Source: Flavobacteriaceae bacterium
Lineage (GTDB): Bacteria > Bacteroidota > Bacteroidia > Flavobacteriales > Flavobacteriaceae
Assembly (NCBI GenBank): GCA_045047075.1
Contig: JASFYP010000022.1
Location: 23,654 to 87,653, forward strand
Reading direction: 5' to 3'
DNA length: 64,000 bases
A program made the position numbers and the translations under genes. The notes beneath the pieces are model-generated. The model had not been told where the DNA came from, searched no databases, and worked only from the letters and a program-made list of their open reading frames with translations. This document shows, one piece after another, positions 19,033-29,738 of this stretch; position 1 is the stretch's first letter; each line of letters opens with the position of its first letter.

Positions 19033-19061
19033 AAAAAAAAGCTGTCTTTTCAGACAGCCTT
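19033..19061 (-). terminator. guaB intrinsic terminator
   Basis: gctgtc / gacagc stem followed by T8 on minus strand. Confidence 0.8.
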
Positions 19062-19082
19062 AACTACTTTTTTAGAAATGAA

Positions 19083-20555
19083 TTACCTCCTAGAATAATT
19101 AGGAGACCCTTTAGTAATAGTAACATCATGAGGGTGACTTTCAGTAATACCCGATGAAGTGATTTTAACAAACTGTCCTTCTTTTTGAGTTTTAATGTCT
19201 TTAGCTCCACAATATCCCATACCTGCTCTTAAGCCTCCAATAAATTGATGCATGGTTTCTGATAATTCACCTTTATAAGGCACGCGACCTACAATTCCCT
19301 CAGGAACCAATTTTTTAATATCGTCTTCAACATCCTGAAAATACCTGTCTTTTGATCCAGACTCCATCGCTTCAACAGAACCCATTCCTCGATAAGATTT
19401 AAATTTACGTCCTTCAAAAATAATGGTCTCTCCCGGAGATTCTTTTGTGCCTGCCAATAATGAACCCAACATTACAGAATCTGCACCTGCTGCAATCGCC
19501 TTCGGGATATCTCCTGTATAACGAATACCTCCATCAGCAATTACAGGAACTCCTGAATCAACCAATGCTTCGGCAACTTGCATCACTGCTGATAATTGTG
19601 GAAAACCAACTCCGGCAACAACTCTTGTTGTACAAATTGACCCTGGACCAATTCCTACTTTTACAGCATCTGCACCGGCAGCTACCAAATCTTTTGCTGC
19701 AGCCACAGTAACAATATTACCTGCAACCACCTCTAAATTTGGGTGCGTCACTTTTATTTCTTTTAATTTATTGATAATGTTAATTGAATGCCCATGGGCA
19801 GAATCTAGCACCACAGCATCAACTCCCACATTTACCAATGCATTAACACGTTCTAAACAATCAGGAGTTACACCAATTGCAGCAGCAACTCGTAAACGTC
19901 CAAAGCTATCTTTGTTAGCATCTGGATTTTCTTTTACCTTAATTATATCACGAAAAGTAATCAATCCAACCAATTTGTAGTTCGCATCAACTACTGGTAA
20001 TTTTTCAATTTTATTATTTTGTAAAATAACTTCGGCTTGTTTTAAGGAAGTTCCTTTTGCAACCGTTACTAAATTTTCTGTAGTCATTACTTCAGAAATT
20101 TTACGGCTATTATTTTTCTCAAACCTCAAATCTCTGTTGGTTACAATTCCTATTAAAATTCCTGAATCATCAACTACTGGAATTCCACCAATACTATATT
20201 CTCGCATCAATGCTTTTGCATCAAAAACAGCGTCGTCTTTACCAATGGTAATTGGCTCGATAATCATTCCAGATTCTGAACGTTTTACTTTTTTAACTTC
20301 AGCTGCTTGTTGCTCAATCGTTAAGTTTTTATGCAATACTCCTATTCCGCCTTCACGAGCCATCGCAATTGCCATAGCAGATTCTGTAACAGTATCCATC
20401 GCTGCAGAAATAATAGGAACGTTTAACGAAATATTTTTAGTGAATTTTGTTTGAAGATTTACCTCTCTTGGTAATACTTCTGAATAGGCAGGAATTAATA
20501 ATACGTCATCGTATGTTAATCCTTCTCCGACAAATTTTGATGAGTTTGAAATCAT
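19083..20555 (-). CDS. guaB: IMP dehydrogenase
   Basis: [11 protein letters not shown] pair, [27 protein letters not shown]. Confidence 0.97.
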   Translation of the reverse strand: MISNSSKFVGEGLTYDDVLLIPAYSEVLPREVNLQTKFTKNISLNVPIISAAMDTVTESAMAIAMAREGGIGVLHKNLTIEQQAAEVKKVKRSESGMIIEPITIGKDDAVFDAKALMREYSIGGIPVVDDSGILIGIVTNRDLRFEKNNSRKISEVMTTENLVTVAKGTSLKQAEVILQNNKIEKLPVVDANYKLVGLITFRDIIKVKENPDANKDSFGRLRVAAAIGVTPDCLERVNALVNVGVDAVVLDSAHGHSINIINKLKEIKVTHPNLEVVAGNIVTVAAAKDLVAAGADAVKVGIGPGSICTTRVVAGVGFPQLSAVMQVAEALVDSGVPVIADGGIRYTGDIPKAIAAGADSVMLGSLLAGTKESPGETIIFEGRKFKSYRGMGSVEAMESGSKDRYFQDVEDDIKKLVPEGIVGRVPYKGELSETMHQFIGGLRAGMGYCGAKDIKTQKEGQFVKITSSGITESHPHDVTITKGSPNYSRR

Positions 20556-20758
20556 GATGCAATTAAGATTTAATTGCGTGCAAATTTAGGGATTATTATT
20601 GAAAGTGTTGTTACTAATATTACATTTGATTTTCGATTATTTCTCTTTGGATAAATCCTAATTTTAACTGATCTACTAAATTTTACACTTTTTTGACATA
20701 ATTTCACAATTGAAAACCTTCAATTAAAATCTTTCATCTTAAGTTTGAAAAAAATATC

Positions 20759-22267
20759 ATGTTCAAAAAATATTATTTATTACGTATCGGTCTATTAGTA
20801 TTAGGAGTTTTTCTTGTAAGCTCATGTAAAGGAGAATCAAATTCTAAAAATAAGAGGATTGATTCTATTAGTAAAACAAAAGCAGAAGAAATTGAAGGAA
20901 TCGTAGGTCTATATTCAGAATACGGAGGTTTTAATGGTGCTGTTTTAGTTTCACATGAAGGCAAAATCATTTTTAAAAAAGGATTTGGATACGCAAATTT
21001 AGAATGGGGTATCCCCAACCAAACAGATACAAAATTCAGAATAGCATCCATCACAAAGCCATTTACAGCAATGCTTATTATGCAATTGGTGGCAGATGGA
21101 AAGCTAGATTTACATCAACCAATTTCAAACTATTTACCAGATTATCCTAAAAGCTATGGTGATAAGATTACGATTCATCATCTGCTCACTCATACTTCAG
21201 GAACTACAAGAGATTATGATTCAGATCTCCCTAAAAATAAATATCCAGACAGATATCGTACAGAAGAAGTCGTTCAGCAATATTCAAACCTTCCATTAGA
21301 ATTTGAACCAGGAGAAAAATTTTCATATAGCAATACCGGTTATCACACTTTAGCTTTAATTATTGAAACGATTACAGGTCAATCATACGAAACTGTTTTG
21401 CAAGAGCAAATTTTAGATCCTATTGGAATGAAAAATACGGGAGTTGATAAACATAGACCCATTATTAAAAATCGTGCTTATGGCTACTTTAAAGGGTTTG
21501 GAGATTATTTTAATGCTGATTTTGGAGACATGTCTGCAATAACAGGAGTTGGTAATATATACTCAACTGTAGAGGATATGTTTCTTTTAGATCAAGCTTT
21601 ATATACCGAAAAATTACTTCCGAAAAAGCATCTAGATTTAGTTTTTTCTGAACAAATTTCTGACCCAGCTTACGGAGGATTTTATGGATATGGTTGGGAA
21701 ATTAGGGGGAAACCAATCGGGAATACTTCAAAAACAGTAGAGACCATTGGGCATAGCGGATCCATGAAAGGGTTTACTGCTTTGTTTACAAGGATTCCGT
21801 CTAGTAATTCTTCCATCGTATTTTTTAATAATACAGGGCGTGCTTTTTTAAATACAATGACAACAGCTATTATCGGAATTTTAAATGATGAATCGTATGA
21901 TTTTCCATTAAAACCATTGGCTATGTTTATGAAGAAAACGATTGAAAAGGAAGGAATTGAAAAAGGGGTTTTATTTTATAAAGAGCATAAAGATTTGGAT
22001 GATTATTATGTTTCTGAACAAGAATTAATTGTAGCAGGATATAAATATTTACAAGCAGGAAATGCTGAATATGCTGCTGAAATATTTAAACTAAGTACCG
22101 AAGTTTTTCCTGATAGAGACAATCCGTATGACAGTTATGCTGAAGCATTAATGACTTTAGGAAAAACAGAAGAAGCTATTAAGAATTATAAAAAATCTTT
22201 GGAATTAAATCCCAACAATAACAATGCAAAAGAAATGTTGAAGAAATTAGAAAAGGAAAACAACTAA
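20759..22267 (+). CDS. Serine hydrolase (beta-lactamase/AmpC-like) lipoprotein with C-terminal TPR
   Basis: Lipobox VSSC, SxxK (ASITK), LLTHTSG, YSN, HSG; TPR N.YDSYAEAL...G. Confidence 0.88.
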   Translation: MFKKYYLLRIGLLVLGVFLVSSCKGESNSKNKRIDSISKTKAEEIEGIVGLYSEYGGFNGAVLVSHEGKIIFKKGFGYANLEWGIPNQTDTKFRIASITKPFTAMLIMQLVADGKLDLHQPISNYLPDYPKSYGDKITIHHLLTHTSGTTRDYDSDLPKNKYPDRYRTEEVVQQYSNLPLEFEPGEKFSYSNTGYHTLALIIETITGQSYETVLQEQILDPIGMKNTGVDKHRPIIKNRAYGYFKGFGDYFNADFGDMSAITGVGNIYSTVEDMFLLDQALYTEKLLPKKHLDLVFSEQISDPAYGGFYGYGWEIRGKPIGNTSKTVETIGHSGSMKGFTALFTRIPSSNSSIVFFNNTGRAFLNTMTTAIIGILNDESYDFPLKPLAMFMKKTIEKEGIEKGVLFYKEHKDLDDYYVSEQELIVAGYKYLQAGNAEYAAEIFKLSTEVFPDRDNPYDSYAEALMTLGKTEEAIKNYKKSLELNPNNNNAKEMLKKLEKENN

Positions 22268-22292
22268 TAAATCTTATTTGTATTCACAAGAA

Positions 22293-22380
22293 AAGAGGAA
22301 TGAATGACGAAGTGATCTTTACAATTTTAATTGGATAAATTAATGAGATTGCTTCTTCTCTTTCGGAGAATCGCAATGAC
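22293..22380. repeat. REP-like inverted repeat (gaggaatgaatgacgaagtgatct ... gagattgcttc..tcgcaatgac)
   Basis: Between convergent genes; right arm complementary to the purL-internal copy at 54429-54456. Confidence 0.65.
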
Positions 22381-22388
22381 GAAGACAA

Positions 22389-22877
22389 TTATTTCTTTTG
22401 AAACAATTGCTTTAAAATAATAAAAACAGATGCTGTAAAAGTAAAAGTCATCAAAAAACCAGAAAGCATGATGACATATTTAAACCAGAGTACTCCTGAC
22501 CATAGAATATAGATTCCTCCAAAAGTTAATAAAATAGAAGCAAAAGGCTCCACCATTAAAAACACTTTTAACTTCATATTGATGCTGGTTGTCGAAACTA
22601 TAATTGCCAATATAAAAAATATGACAGACAGTGATAGCATATGATTATGCACCAATGTCAGAATTTCACGTTCTGATTTTTTGAACTTCATAGTGGGTGC
22701 ATCCTCAATATGTTCATTTCCTAAATATTGAGTTTCAACACCATCTGGACTCGCATCAGTAGTTTCATTTACAAATGAAATTCCCATAAAAAAACCGATA
22801 CTTAAAACAATGAGAAAAGAAACAATCAATAATTTTATTTCTTTTGGGAATGAATGAATGCTACCGTGTATCGTCAT
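22389..22877 (-). CDS. Hypothetical integral membrane protein with HxH motif
   Basis: 162 aa, about four hydrophobic helices, LVHNHMLSLS; abuts the upstream FMN-binding gene. Confidence 0.8.
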   Translation of the reverse strand: MTIHGSIHSFPKEIKLLIVSFLIVLSIGFFMGISFVNETTDASPDGVETQYLGNEHIEDAPTMKFKKSEREILTLVHNHMLSLSVIFFILAIIVSTTSINMKLKVFLMVEPFASILLTFGGIYILWSGVLWFKYVIMLSGFLMTFTFTASVFIILKQLFQKK

Positions 22878-23426
22878 TTAAAAAATATTTTCTTGTTCTA
22901 AAATCGTAATAGTTTGTAATAAATTATTAATAGCGATGGTCATTGATCTTGCTGAAATAGTTGCTCCAGAAATCGGTACAATCTCATTTCCATATACAAT
23001 TGTTGATGACGGTTCTAAACCATTAAACTGCTTAAGCCAACGCTTAGAACCAATCTCTGCACCATAATCTTCTCTGTATGCTATTAGCTTAGATTTTTTT
23101 ATAATTAAATCTACATCAAATAAAACAAGAAAATCAAATTCATCTGTTTTACTAGGTGCTTTTCCAAGGTATGCATAACCAATCAATTCATCATTCTTTA
23201 GTATCTTAAACAGATCGTCTTTATATATCTTTGTTTTTAGCTTGGAATTGGTAGCCTTATCAATCAATATCTCTTCTAATAAAACATCTTCTGCTTCAAA
23301 AGCAATTTTAATTTCTTTCCGTACTTTTTTATTCACACTTTTTGAAAGCTCTACAGAAGTAAATCCAAATTGAATTGGAATGACAATTAAGAAAAGAAAT
23401 AATTTTTTCATGTGTAAAAATATCAT
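22878..23426 (-). CDS. Exported FMN-binding domain protein
   Basis: Signal-like N-terminus, YRE.YG.EI, W..QF.G, ISGATIS motif. Confidence 0.85.
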   Translation of the reverse strand: MIFLHMKKLFLFLIVIPIQFGFTSVELSKSVNKKVRKEIKIAFEAEDVLLEEILIDKATNSKLKTKIYKDDLFKILKNDELIGYAYLGKAPSKTDEFDFLVLFDVDLIIKKSKLIAYREDYGAEIGSKRWLKQFNGLEPSSTIVYGNEIVPISGATISARSMTIAINNLLQTITILEQENIF

Positions 23427-23484
23427 GCTATTAATAGTTGAGCACCTTTGCAGTACCCAACTATTAATAACTAAACTAATTTAA

Positions 23485-24654
23485 CTAAAATGATACACCA
23501 ATACCAACATTGAATTGGTTATCTGGTTCTGCTCTAGCAACTGCATTATTTTTAATTTGATAATCAGCCTTTACAACTGCTCCGTGAGCCACTAGGAAAC
23601 TTAAGCCAAAAGTCCATTCCTCTCTATCATAGCTCAAATTTTTATCAACACCTCCACCCATTTTAGAGTTGGTATCATAGCTTTCATATCTCGTAAATCC
23701 CCATAATTCCATTTTTTTTTCTGAAGGCAATAAATTAAATGACGCTTCTAAATTCCAACCATACATTTGGCTCCCTAAATCAGATCCATACAAATTATTG
23801 TAAGCTTCGCTGTCTGAAACACTTGTACTAATTAACTCTCCTCTAGCTGCAAAACGCCCTAATCTATAACGTGCATCTAAACCAATCATAGTAATACCTA
23901 TATCAGCACCATCAAGGTCTTCATCATCTTCTTCTGGTTGTGAACGTCCAAAATATCCTGCCAATCCTAAACGCAATCCTTGAATTCCGTAATAATCTAC
24001 TTTTCCAGAAAATGTTGGTGTATTAAATGTTGATTCTGCTCCTTTCTGTCGTCCATTTCGTAAACCATTATTCCCTCCTAAATATTTATCACCATTAACT
24101 GATGCAAATCCGTTGAATATATAAGCTTGGTATTTTAAAGAAATATTATCGAATCTACCATAAATTCCTGCACCAATTTCTCTCCAAGTAGTTGGAACGA
24201 TAGACTTTGCTATACTTGGTCTTTCAACAGAATTAAAAGTTGTAGGTTCGTGGTATTCATTAATCGATCCCATTGGAACTAACATTAAACCTCCACGAGC
24301 GCTAATTTTATCGTTAAAACTATATTGCAAAAATGCTTGCTCTACAAATACTTCTTTAACATGCTCAAATTCCACTTCCGTAATAAACTGAACCTTATCA
24401 TTAAATTTATATCCAAAAAGTAAAACTAATCGTTGTACATCTAATTCACCATTTCCAGTTTCTGGCTGATTGTAAGTAATCTCTGCATATCCACCAACGG
24501 TAACTCCACTTTTAATGTTTCCAGATAAAATTCTCTCTGCAGAATTTTGCTGTAATTCTTCTAATTTCATTTGAGTTGAGTCTTTGAGTTTTTCAGTTTG
24601 AGCAGTTACCATAGTTGCAATTAATAATGCTGCAAATAAAGTTGATTTTTTCAT
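23485..24654 (-). CDS. Outer-membrane beta-barrel porin (OprO/P-like)
   Basis: Signal peptide, GGY.E, RLVL..GY.F, E.EFEH, EQA, amphipathic strands, C-terminal Phe. Confidence 0.75.
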   Translation of the reverse strand: MKKSTLFAALLIATMVTAQTEKLKDSTQMKLEELQQNSAERILSGNIKSGVTVGGYAEITYNQPETGNGELDVQRLVLLFGYKFNDKVQFITEVEFEHVKEVFVEQAFLQYSFNDKISARGGLMLVPMGSINEYHEPTTFNSVERPSIAKSIVPTTWREIGAGIYGRFDNISLKYQAYIFNGFASVNGDKYLGGNNGLRNGRQKGAESTFNTPTFSGKVDYYGIQGLRLGLAGYFGRSQPEEDDEDLDGADIGITMIGLDARYRLGRFAARGELISTSVSDSEAYNNLYGSDLGSQMYGWNLEASFNLLPSEKKMELWGFTRYESYDTNSKMGGGVDKNLSYDREEWTFGLSFLVAHGAVVKADYQIKNNAVARAEPDNQFNVGIGVSF

Positions 24655-24659
24655 TATTA

Positions 24660-24753
24660 TTATTTAGATTAATTTAAAATAGTATTTATTACTGCTACAA
24701 AAATATTATAATAAATGAATCTAACAAATCTTATTTAGATTTATTTTAAATAA
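24660..24753 (-). promoter_or_regulatory. Promoter with two palindromic operator-like boxes (Fur/DtxR-type candidate)
   Basis: -7 TATTTTTG (24698-24705) and -33 TTTG (24725-24728) with 19-nt spacer; boxes ttatttagattaatttaaaatag (24660-24682) and ttatttagatttattttaaataa (24731-24753). Confidence 0.65.
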
Positions 24754-24846
24754 AGATTTTACATCTTTATTATTCTGAAAAATGAAAAGAAAAAAGCCAA
24801 TAAGTTATAAACTTATTGGCTTGAATATAATAGTATTACAAGAATG

Positions 24847-26352
24847 TTAAAGTGTTTCTAAATAATTAATAACCACTTTCCTAATATCAATAGCTGCATC
24901 TCCGGGTCTATTTTCATAAACTTTTAGCATTCCTTCACTATCAGCTTTTAAAAATGGAATATCAAACCCTAGCAATAGATAATCAGTAAGAGCTACAGTA
25001 TAGATTTTATCTAATTTTATAGGCTCTCCCACTACTTCCCAAGTTTTAGTTTCGGCATTGTAATCAATATTATCACGTTGTAAATAAGCACCAGTCCCCG
25101 CTTTAAGCCTTCCATAATTAAGTGTTTTTTCTAGCAACTTCCCTGTCATATCTACTTTATTGATTCCTCCACCAAAAGGCAATACTCTAAAAATATCAAC
25201 ACCTGTAATATCGCCTATCAATTCATCATCTATCCGAATTGAACCACCATTTACAAAAGCACAATCAACTTCATAATTAAAGTTTGCTGACATCGATGCT
25301 GCAATTAATTGCCCCAAATTTGTTTGAATACTTCTAGTTTCCGTATCACGTCCGTCGAGTGGAACTTCGGCTTTGAAAACTACTTTATATGGATTATCTA
25401 ATATAAGTTTTAGTTTATTGTCTAATAAAACATTCCATCTCTGTACAATTCTCGTCACTTTTTTTGATGGTGTAACAGACTCATCTAGTGATACAAGTTC
25501 TGATTGAATTGTAGTTTTTTTAGTCGATTTATTAAAAGTAATTTTATGAACATATGCAGTTCTTGCATTGGCATCAGCTTTTGAAATTACCGCATCTCCA
25601 ACAGGCACCATCATATTTGTATGTTCGTGACCGCCAAAAATAATTGGGATATTAGGCATTGAATTTGCTAGCATTTTATCCTGAGCAATCGTAAGATGTG
25701 TTAAGCCTAGAACAAGATCAACCTTTGATTGTAAAGCTTTATTTGCATTAATGGGGTCTTGGTATAAATCACCATAATCTACATAATCTGTCGGAGTTGA
25801 GTTGATGGTTGAACTTATAAAACCAACACTCAATTCAGTTCCATCAGCATCTTTAAAATTAAACGTAACCGTTTTTGGAATAGGTGTTTTTGTACCGTTC
25901 TTTTCTATATAAAAAGGTTCTAATTTATCGCCTGTCTTTAATTTAATGTTGGTTGCTATCCATTGAAAATTTGATTCATTCAATCTATTTTGAAAGTCTT
26001 TATATTTTAAATCAAACTCATGATTTCCAAAAGCAACCAAATCAAAACCTATGGTATTCATCACTTCTACCATTTGTTTACCTTTATATCGCTCTCCATT
26101 CTCATCTTTCAAAGTTCCCAATAATGAAGGGTTTAAAAAATCCCCTGCATGTACCAACAAGGTGTTTTCATTTTCTTTTTTAATTGAATCATACAAAGCT
26201 GCAACACGTGCCAATCCGCCAACTTTGCCTCCACCTAGGGCATCAATTTCATAGATGTCGTTTACGTTGATGACTATAAATTCTAGTGTGTCTTCGTTTT
26301 TAGAACACGAAATTGAAAAGAGAATTACAAATAATAGGGCTAACTTTTTCAT
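24847..26352 (-). CDS. Bifunctional metallophosphatase / 5'-nucleotidase lipoprotein
   Basis: Lipobox SISC, NDIYE, HAGDF, GNHEFD, GLTH, GGHEH, NGGSIR. Confidence 0.9.
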   Translation of the reverse strand: MKKLALLFVILFSISCSKNEDTLEFIVINVNDIYEIDALGGGKVGGLARVAALYDSIKKENENTLLVHAGDFLNPSLLGTLKDENGERYKGKQMVEVMNTIGFDLVAFGNHEFDLKYKDFQNRLNESNFQWIATNIKLKTGDKLEPFYIEKNGTKTPIPKTVTFNFKDADGTELSVGFISSTINSTPTDYVDYGDLYQDPINANKALQSKVDLVLGLTHLTIAQDKMLANSMPNIPIIFGGHEHTNMMVPVGDAVISKADANARTAYVHKITFNKSTKKTTIQSELVSLDESVTPSKKVTRIVQRWNVLLDNKLKLILDNPYKVVFKAEVPLDGRDTETRSIQTNLGQLIAASMSANFNYEVDCAFVNGGSIRIDDELIGDITGVDIFRVLPFGGGINKVDMTGKLLEKTLNYGRLKAGTGAYLQRDNIDYNAETKTWEVVGEPIKLDKIYTVALTDYLLLGFDIPFLKADSEGMLKVYENRPGDAAIDIRKVVINYLETL

Positions 26353-26421
26353 CTGATTTTATTTATATTTATTCATTCACAAATATATGTAATACATTCG
26401 CACAAAATAAATTCAATTTCA

Positions 26422-27051
26422 ATGAAATTCAATTTTTTAATCCTCACAGGATTCCTTTTAAGTATTAGCTTTTTGACTTTTGCCCAAGAAACAAATTCTA
26501 AATTTAAAATTGGGTTTAATTATGGTTTTGGTGAAGTGGATAAATTTCCATTTAGCACTGATGAATATACTTATGACATACAGTTTTATAAAATTCAACT
26601 GAATTATTTGATTAAGGAATGGCGAAAATTTGATTTTGAAATTAATGTTGAACCAAGTTATTACCGTACAGAACACCAACTCTTAAACAAGTATTTTGTT
26701 ACTCCAGATGACCCTAATTATTTGGAAAAAAGGGAGGAATACACGAAACTAAAAACAATGAACGAATATGTACTAGGATTAGGTTTTTTGGTAAGATATC
26801 CTATTGCAAACAAATTGTCTGTTTCTATTTTAGGAAGCATTGGCCCTATGTATATAGATACTGAAACAGAACGTATGGCTAGTGGTTTTGCCTTCTCTGA
26901 TGTGCTCTCTTTTGGGATTACCTATAAAATTAAAACACTTGCTTTTGATGTGCGCTATGGGGTTCGTCATGTTTCGAACGCAGAATTACAGCAGCCAAAT
27001 AGTGGGTATAACACTACTAATTTAGAGTTTGGGGTATTGGTTGATTTATAA
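26422..27051 (+). CDS. Acyloxyacyl hydrolase / PagL-like lipid A deacylase beta-barrel
   Basis: Signal peptide, RHVSNA...NSGYN motif near C-terminus. Confidence 0.8.
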   Translation: MKFNFLILTGFLLSISFLTFAQETNSKFKIGFNYGFGEVDKFPFSTDEYTYDIQFYKIQLNYLIKEWRKFDFEINVEPSYYRTEHQLLNKYFVTPDDPNYLEKREEYTKLKTMNEYVLGLGFLVRYPIANKLSVSILGSIGPMYIDTETERMASGFAFSDVLSFGITYKIKTLAFDVRYGVRHVSNAELQQPNSGYNTTNLEFGVLVDL

Positions 27052-27120
27052 TCTTTTTTAACAAAACATTATAAACAAAACCTAAAACATTCTTCTATTT
27101 TTGAGCAAACTAAAAATCAA

Positions 27121-27639
27121 TTGAAAAAACTTTTACTATTCTTATTTATTTGCAATTCCTTTTTTTCGATTTACGGTCAAAATCAAGAAGAAAAACCTTC
27201 AGAAGTTACAACTACTTATTATTTAATTAGACATTCTGAAAAAGAGACAAGCAATCCATCAGATAGGAATCCAAACTTATCTGAAATCGGAATTCAACGT
27301 GCAAATAGTTGGGTTACAATTTTTAATGAGGTAAAGTTTGACGCCATTTACGCTACCAATTATAATAGAACAATGCAAACGGCAAAACCAATTGCAGATA
27401 GCAGTCAATTAAAAATAATTAAATACGACCTTTTAACTTTTGATTTTGATGATTTCAAAAAATCAACAAAAGGGAAAACGGTGCTTATAGTTGGTCATAG
27501 TAATACAACACCCTTTTTTGCGAATGATTTTATTGGCAAAAATGAGTATGCACAAATTGAAGAATCAAATTATACTAATCTTTACATTATAACTGTAACT
27601 GGCGATACTGTAACACATACATTATTAAAAATAAATTAA
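27121..27639 (+). CDS. Histidine phosphatase family protein (exported)
   Basis: IRHSEK, NRTMQTA.P, VGHSNT. Confidence 0.85.
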   Translation: MKKLLLFLFICNSFFSIYGQNQEEKPSEVTTTYYLIRHSEKETSNPSDRNPNLSEIGIQRANSWVTIFNEVKFDAIYATNYNRTMQTAKPIADSSQLKIIKYDLLTFDFDDFKKSTKGKTVLIVGHSNTTPFFANDFIGKNEYAQIEESNYTNLYIITVTGDTVTHTLLKIN

Positions 27640-29202
27640 ATGAATTTTTTAAAAAACTCAATAACCATAACCCTATTTACTGTCTTATTTGTTTCTTGTG
27701 GAAATACTGCTAAGATTACTCAGCAATCAGACAATAAGATTGTCAAGAAAGAATCTGTAAAATTTAACATTGATTTAAATAATAGAAAGGATGATACTTT
27801 TAAAGTGACTGTTACTGCTCCAAAATTATCAGCAGAAAATAATATTTTTCAATTTGCATCTTCTGCACCTGGAACTTATCAAGTAATGGACTTAGGTCGA
27901 TTTGTAAAGACATTTACTGCGATGGATAAAAAAGGAAATCTAATTACAACTACTCAAATATCTACCAATCAATTTGAGATTTCATCACCAGAAAAAGTAA
28001 AGACTATTATCTACGAAATTTCCGAAACTTATGACACTCCGGTAAAAGAACATCCAATTTATCCAATGGCTGGAACTTCAATAGAAAATGACCATGCCTT
28101 GATAAATGGGCAAGCTGTTTTTGGATATTTTAAAGGGTTGCAGGATAGAGAAATCAATATTAAAATTGAGTATCCTGAAAATTGGAAAATTGGAACAGCT
28201 TTGCGTCAAAATTCTGATGGGTATTTTGTTGCAAACAGTTATGATCATGTTGTTGATTCTCCTATCTTATTAGGGAATTTGACTAAAGCCACAACCTTAG
28301 TTGATGGAACCAATATTGATATCTACACTTACTCTGCCAAGGGAATGATTAAATCTGAAGAAGTATTAGAAACAATAGAAGGCATGTTACATTCTGCAAG
28401 TAAATTCTTAAACGGATTACCTGTTGATCATTATACTTTTTTATTATTTATGGAGACAAACCCTCAACAAAAAAAAGGGGCTTGGGAGCATTCTTATAGT
28501 TCGTTATACACACTAAATGAAAAGAATTGGGACAAAATTTCTAATGGATTTAAAGACATGGCGGCACATGAGTTTTTCCATATCGTAACGCCTTTGAATA
28601 TTCATAGTGAGATAATTCAAGAGTTCAATTTTATTACACCTATTGCTTCACAACATTTGTGGTTGTATGAAGGAACGACTGAGTGGGCATCTCACATGAT
28701 GTTATTTAGATCAGGAGAAAAATCATTTGAAGATTATTTAAAAACACTTCGCCGTAAAGCCTATATCGCTACCAATTATTATAGCACAGATTATAGTCTT
28801 TTAGAATTATCTAATGAATGCTTTACCGCCACTGGACAAAAACAATATGCAAATATTTATATGAAGGGCGCATTGGTTGCAGGCATGCTAGATATACGCT
28901 TGTTAGAATTATCAGGTGGTGAAAGAGGATTGATTGATGTTGTAAATGAATTGGCTAAAATTTATGGCCCGAACAAAGCTTTTAACGAAGCTACTTTCTT
29001 TACTTATTTTACAGATTTTACCTATCCAGAAATTGCTGAATTTTTTGAGTTGTATGTAAAAAAGGCTACACCTTTACCGTATAAAGAGTATTATCAAAAA
29101 ATTGGTATTCAATATAATGCAAAAAAATATCTTTTTACTGTTGATGAAAATGCAACTGAGGAGCAATTAAAATTAAGGACTCGGTGGATGGAGCGATTGT
29201 AA
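27640..29202 (+). CDS. Peptidase M61 (glycyl aminopeptidase-like) lipoprotein
   Basis: Lipobox FVSC, PGTY, GAWEHS.S, AHEFFH, LW.YEG.TE; no PDZ domain evident. Confidence 0.85.
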   Translation: MNFLKNSITITLFTVLFVSCGNTAKITQQSDNKIVKKESVKFNIDLNNRKDDTFKVTVTAPKLSAENNIFQFASSAPGTYQVMDLGRFVKTFTAMDKKGNLITTTQISTNQFEISSPEKVKTIIYEISETYDTPVKEHPIYPMAGTSIENDHALINGQAVFGYFKGLQDREINIKIEYPENWKIGTALRQNSDGYFVANSYDHVVDSPILLGNLTKATTLVDGTNIDIYTYSAKGMIKSEEVLETIEGMLHSASKFLNGLPVDHYTFLLFMETNPQQKKGAWEHSYSSLYTLNEKNWDKISNGFKDMAAHEFFHIVTPLNIHSEIIQEFNFITPIASQHLWLYEGTTEWASHMMLFRSGEKSFEDYLKTLRRKAYIATNYYSTDYSLLELSNECFTATGQKQYANIYMKGALVAGMLDIRLLELSGGERGLIDVVNELAKIYGPNKAFNEATFFTYFTDFTYPEIAEFFELYVKKATPLPYKEYYQKIGIQYNAKKYLFTVDENATEEQLKLRTRWMERL

Positions 29203-29223
29203 TTAAAAACGTATTTAAAAATT

Positions 29224-29254
29224 AAGGGATTTGTTTAGAGCAAATCCCTTTTTT
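29224..29254 (+). terminator. Intrinsic terminator
   Basis: aagggatttg / caaatccctt stem followed by T tract. Confidence 0.8.
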
Positions 29255-29282
29255 ATTTTAACAAATAACTACCTTTGTACGA

Positions 29283-29738
29283 ATGCAAAAGAAAGTCAAC
29301 ATCCAAAATAAAAAAGCTCGTTTTGAATATGAAATTCTAGATGAATATGTTGCGGGTATCAAACTTAGCGGAACAGAAATAAAAAGCATCAGGGAAAGTA
29401 AAGCGAGAATCACCGAAAGTTTTTGTGAGTTTAATGAACAAGGAGAATTGTTTGTCATTAACATGTATATAGAAGAATATGCTTTTGGAAATATCTACAA
29501 CCACAAAGCAAAAAGTGCCAGAAAACTATTACTCAACAAAAGAGAATTAAAAAAACTCGAGAAAGAAATTCAGAATGTAGGTCTGACAATTATTCCGCTT
29601 AAATTATTTATGACAGATAAAGGTTGGGCTAAATTAAAAATTGCACTTTGTAAAGGTAAAAAACTATACGACAAGCGAGAAACTATGAAAGACCGCGATA
29701 GCAAACGTGATTTGGCACGCATAAAAAAAGACTTTTAA
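29283..29738 (+). CDS. smpB: SsrA-binding protein SmpB
   Basis: NKKARFEY, AGI.L.GTEIKSIR, RKLLL.K.E, GKKLYDKRE. Confidence 0.97.
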   Translation: MQKKVNIQNKKARFEYEILDEYVAGIKLSGTEIKSIRESKARITESFCEFNEQGELFVINMYIEEYAFGNIYNHKAKSARKLLLNKRELKKLEKEIQNVGLTIIPLKLFMTDKGWAKLKIALCKGKKLYDKRETMKDRDSKRDLARIKKDF

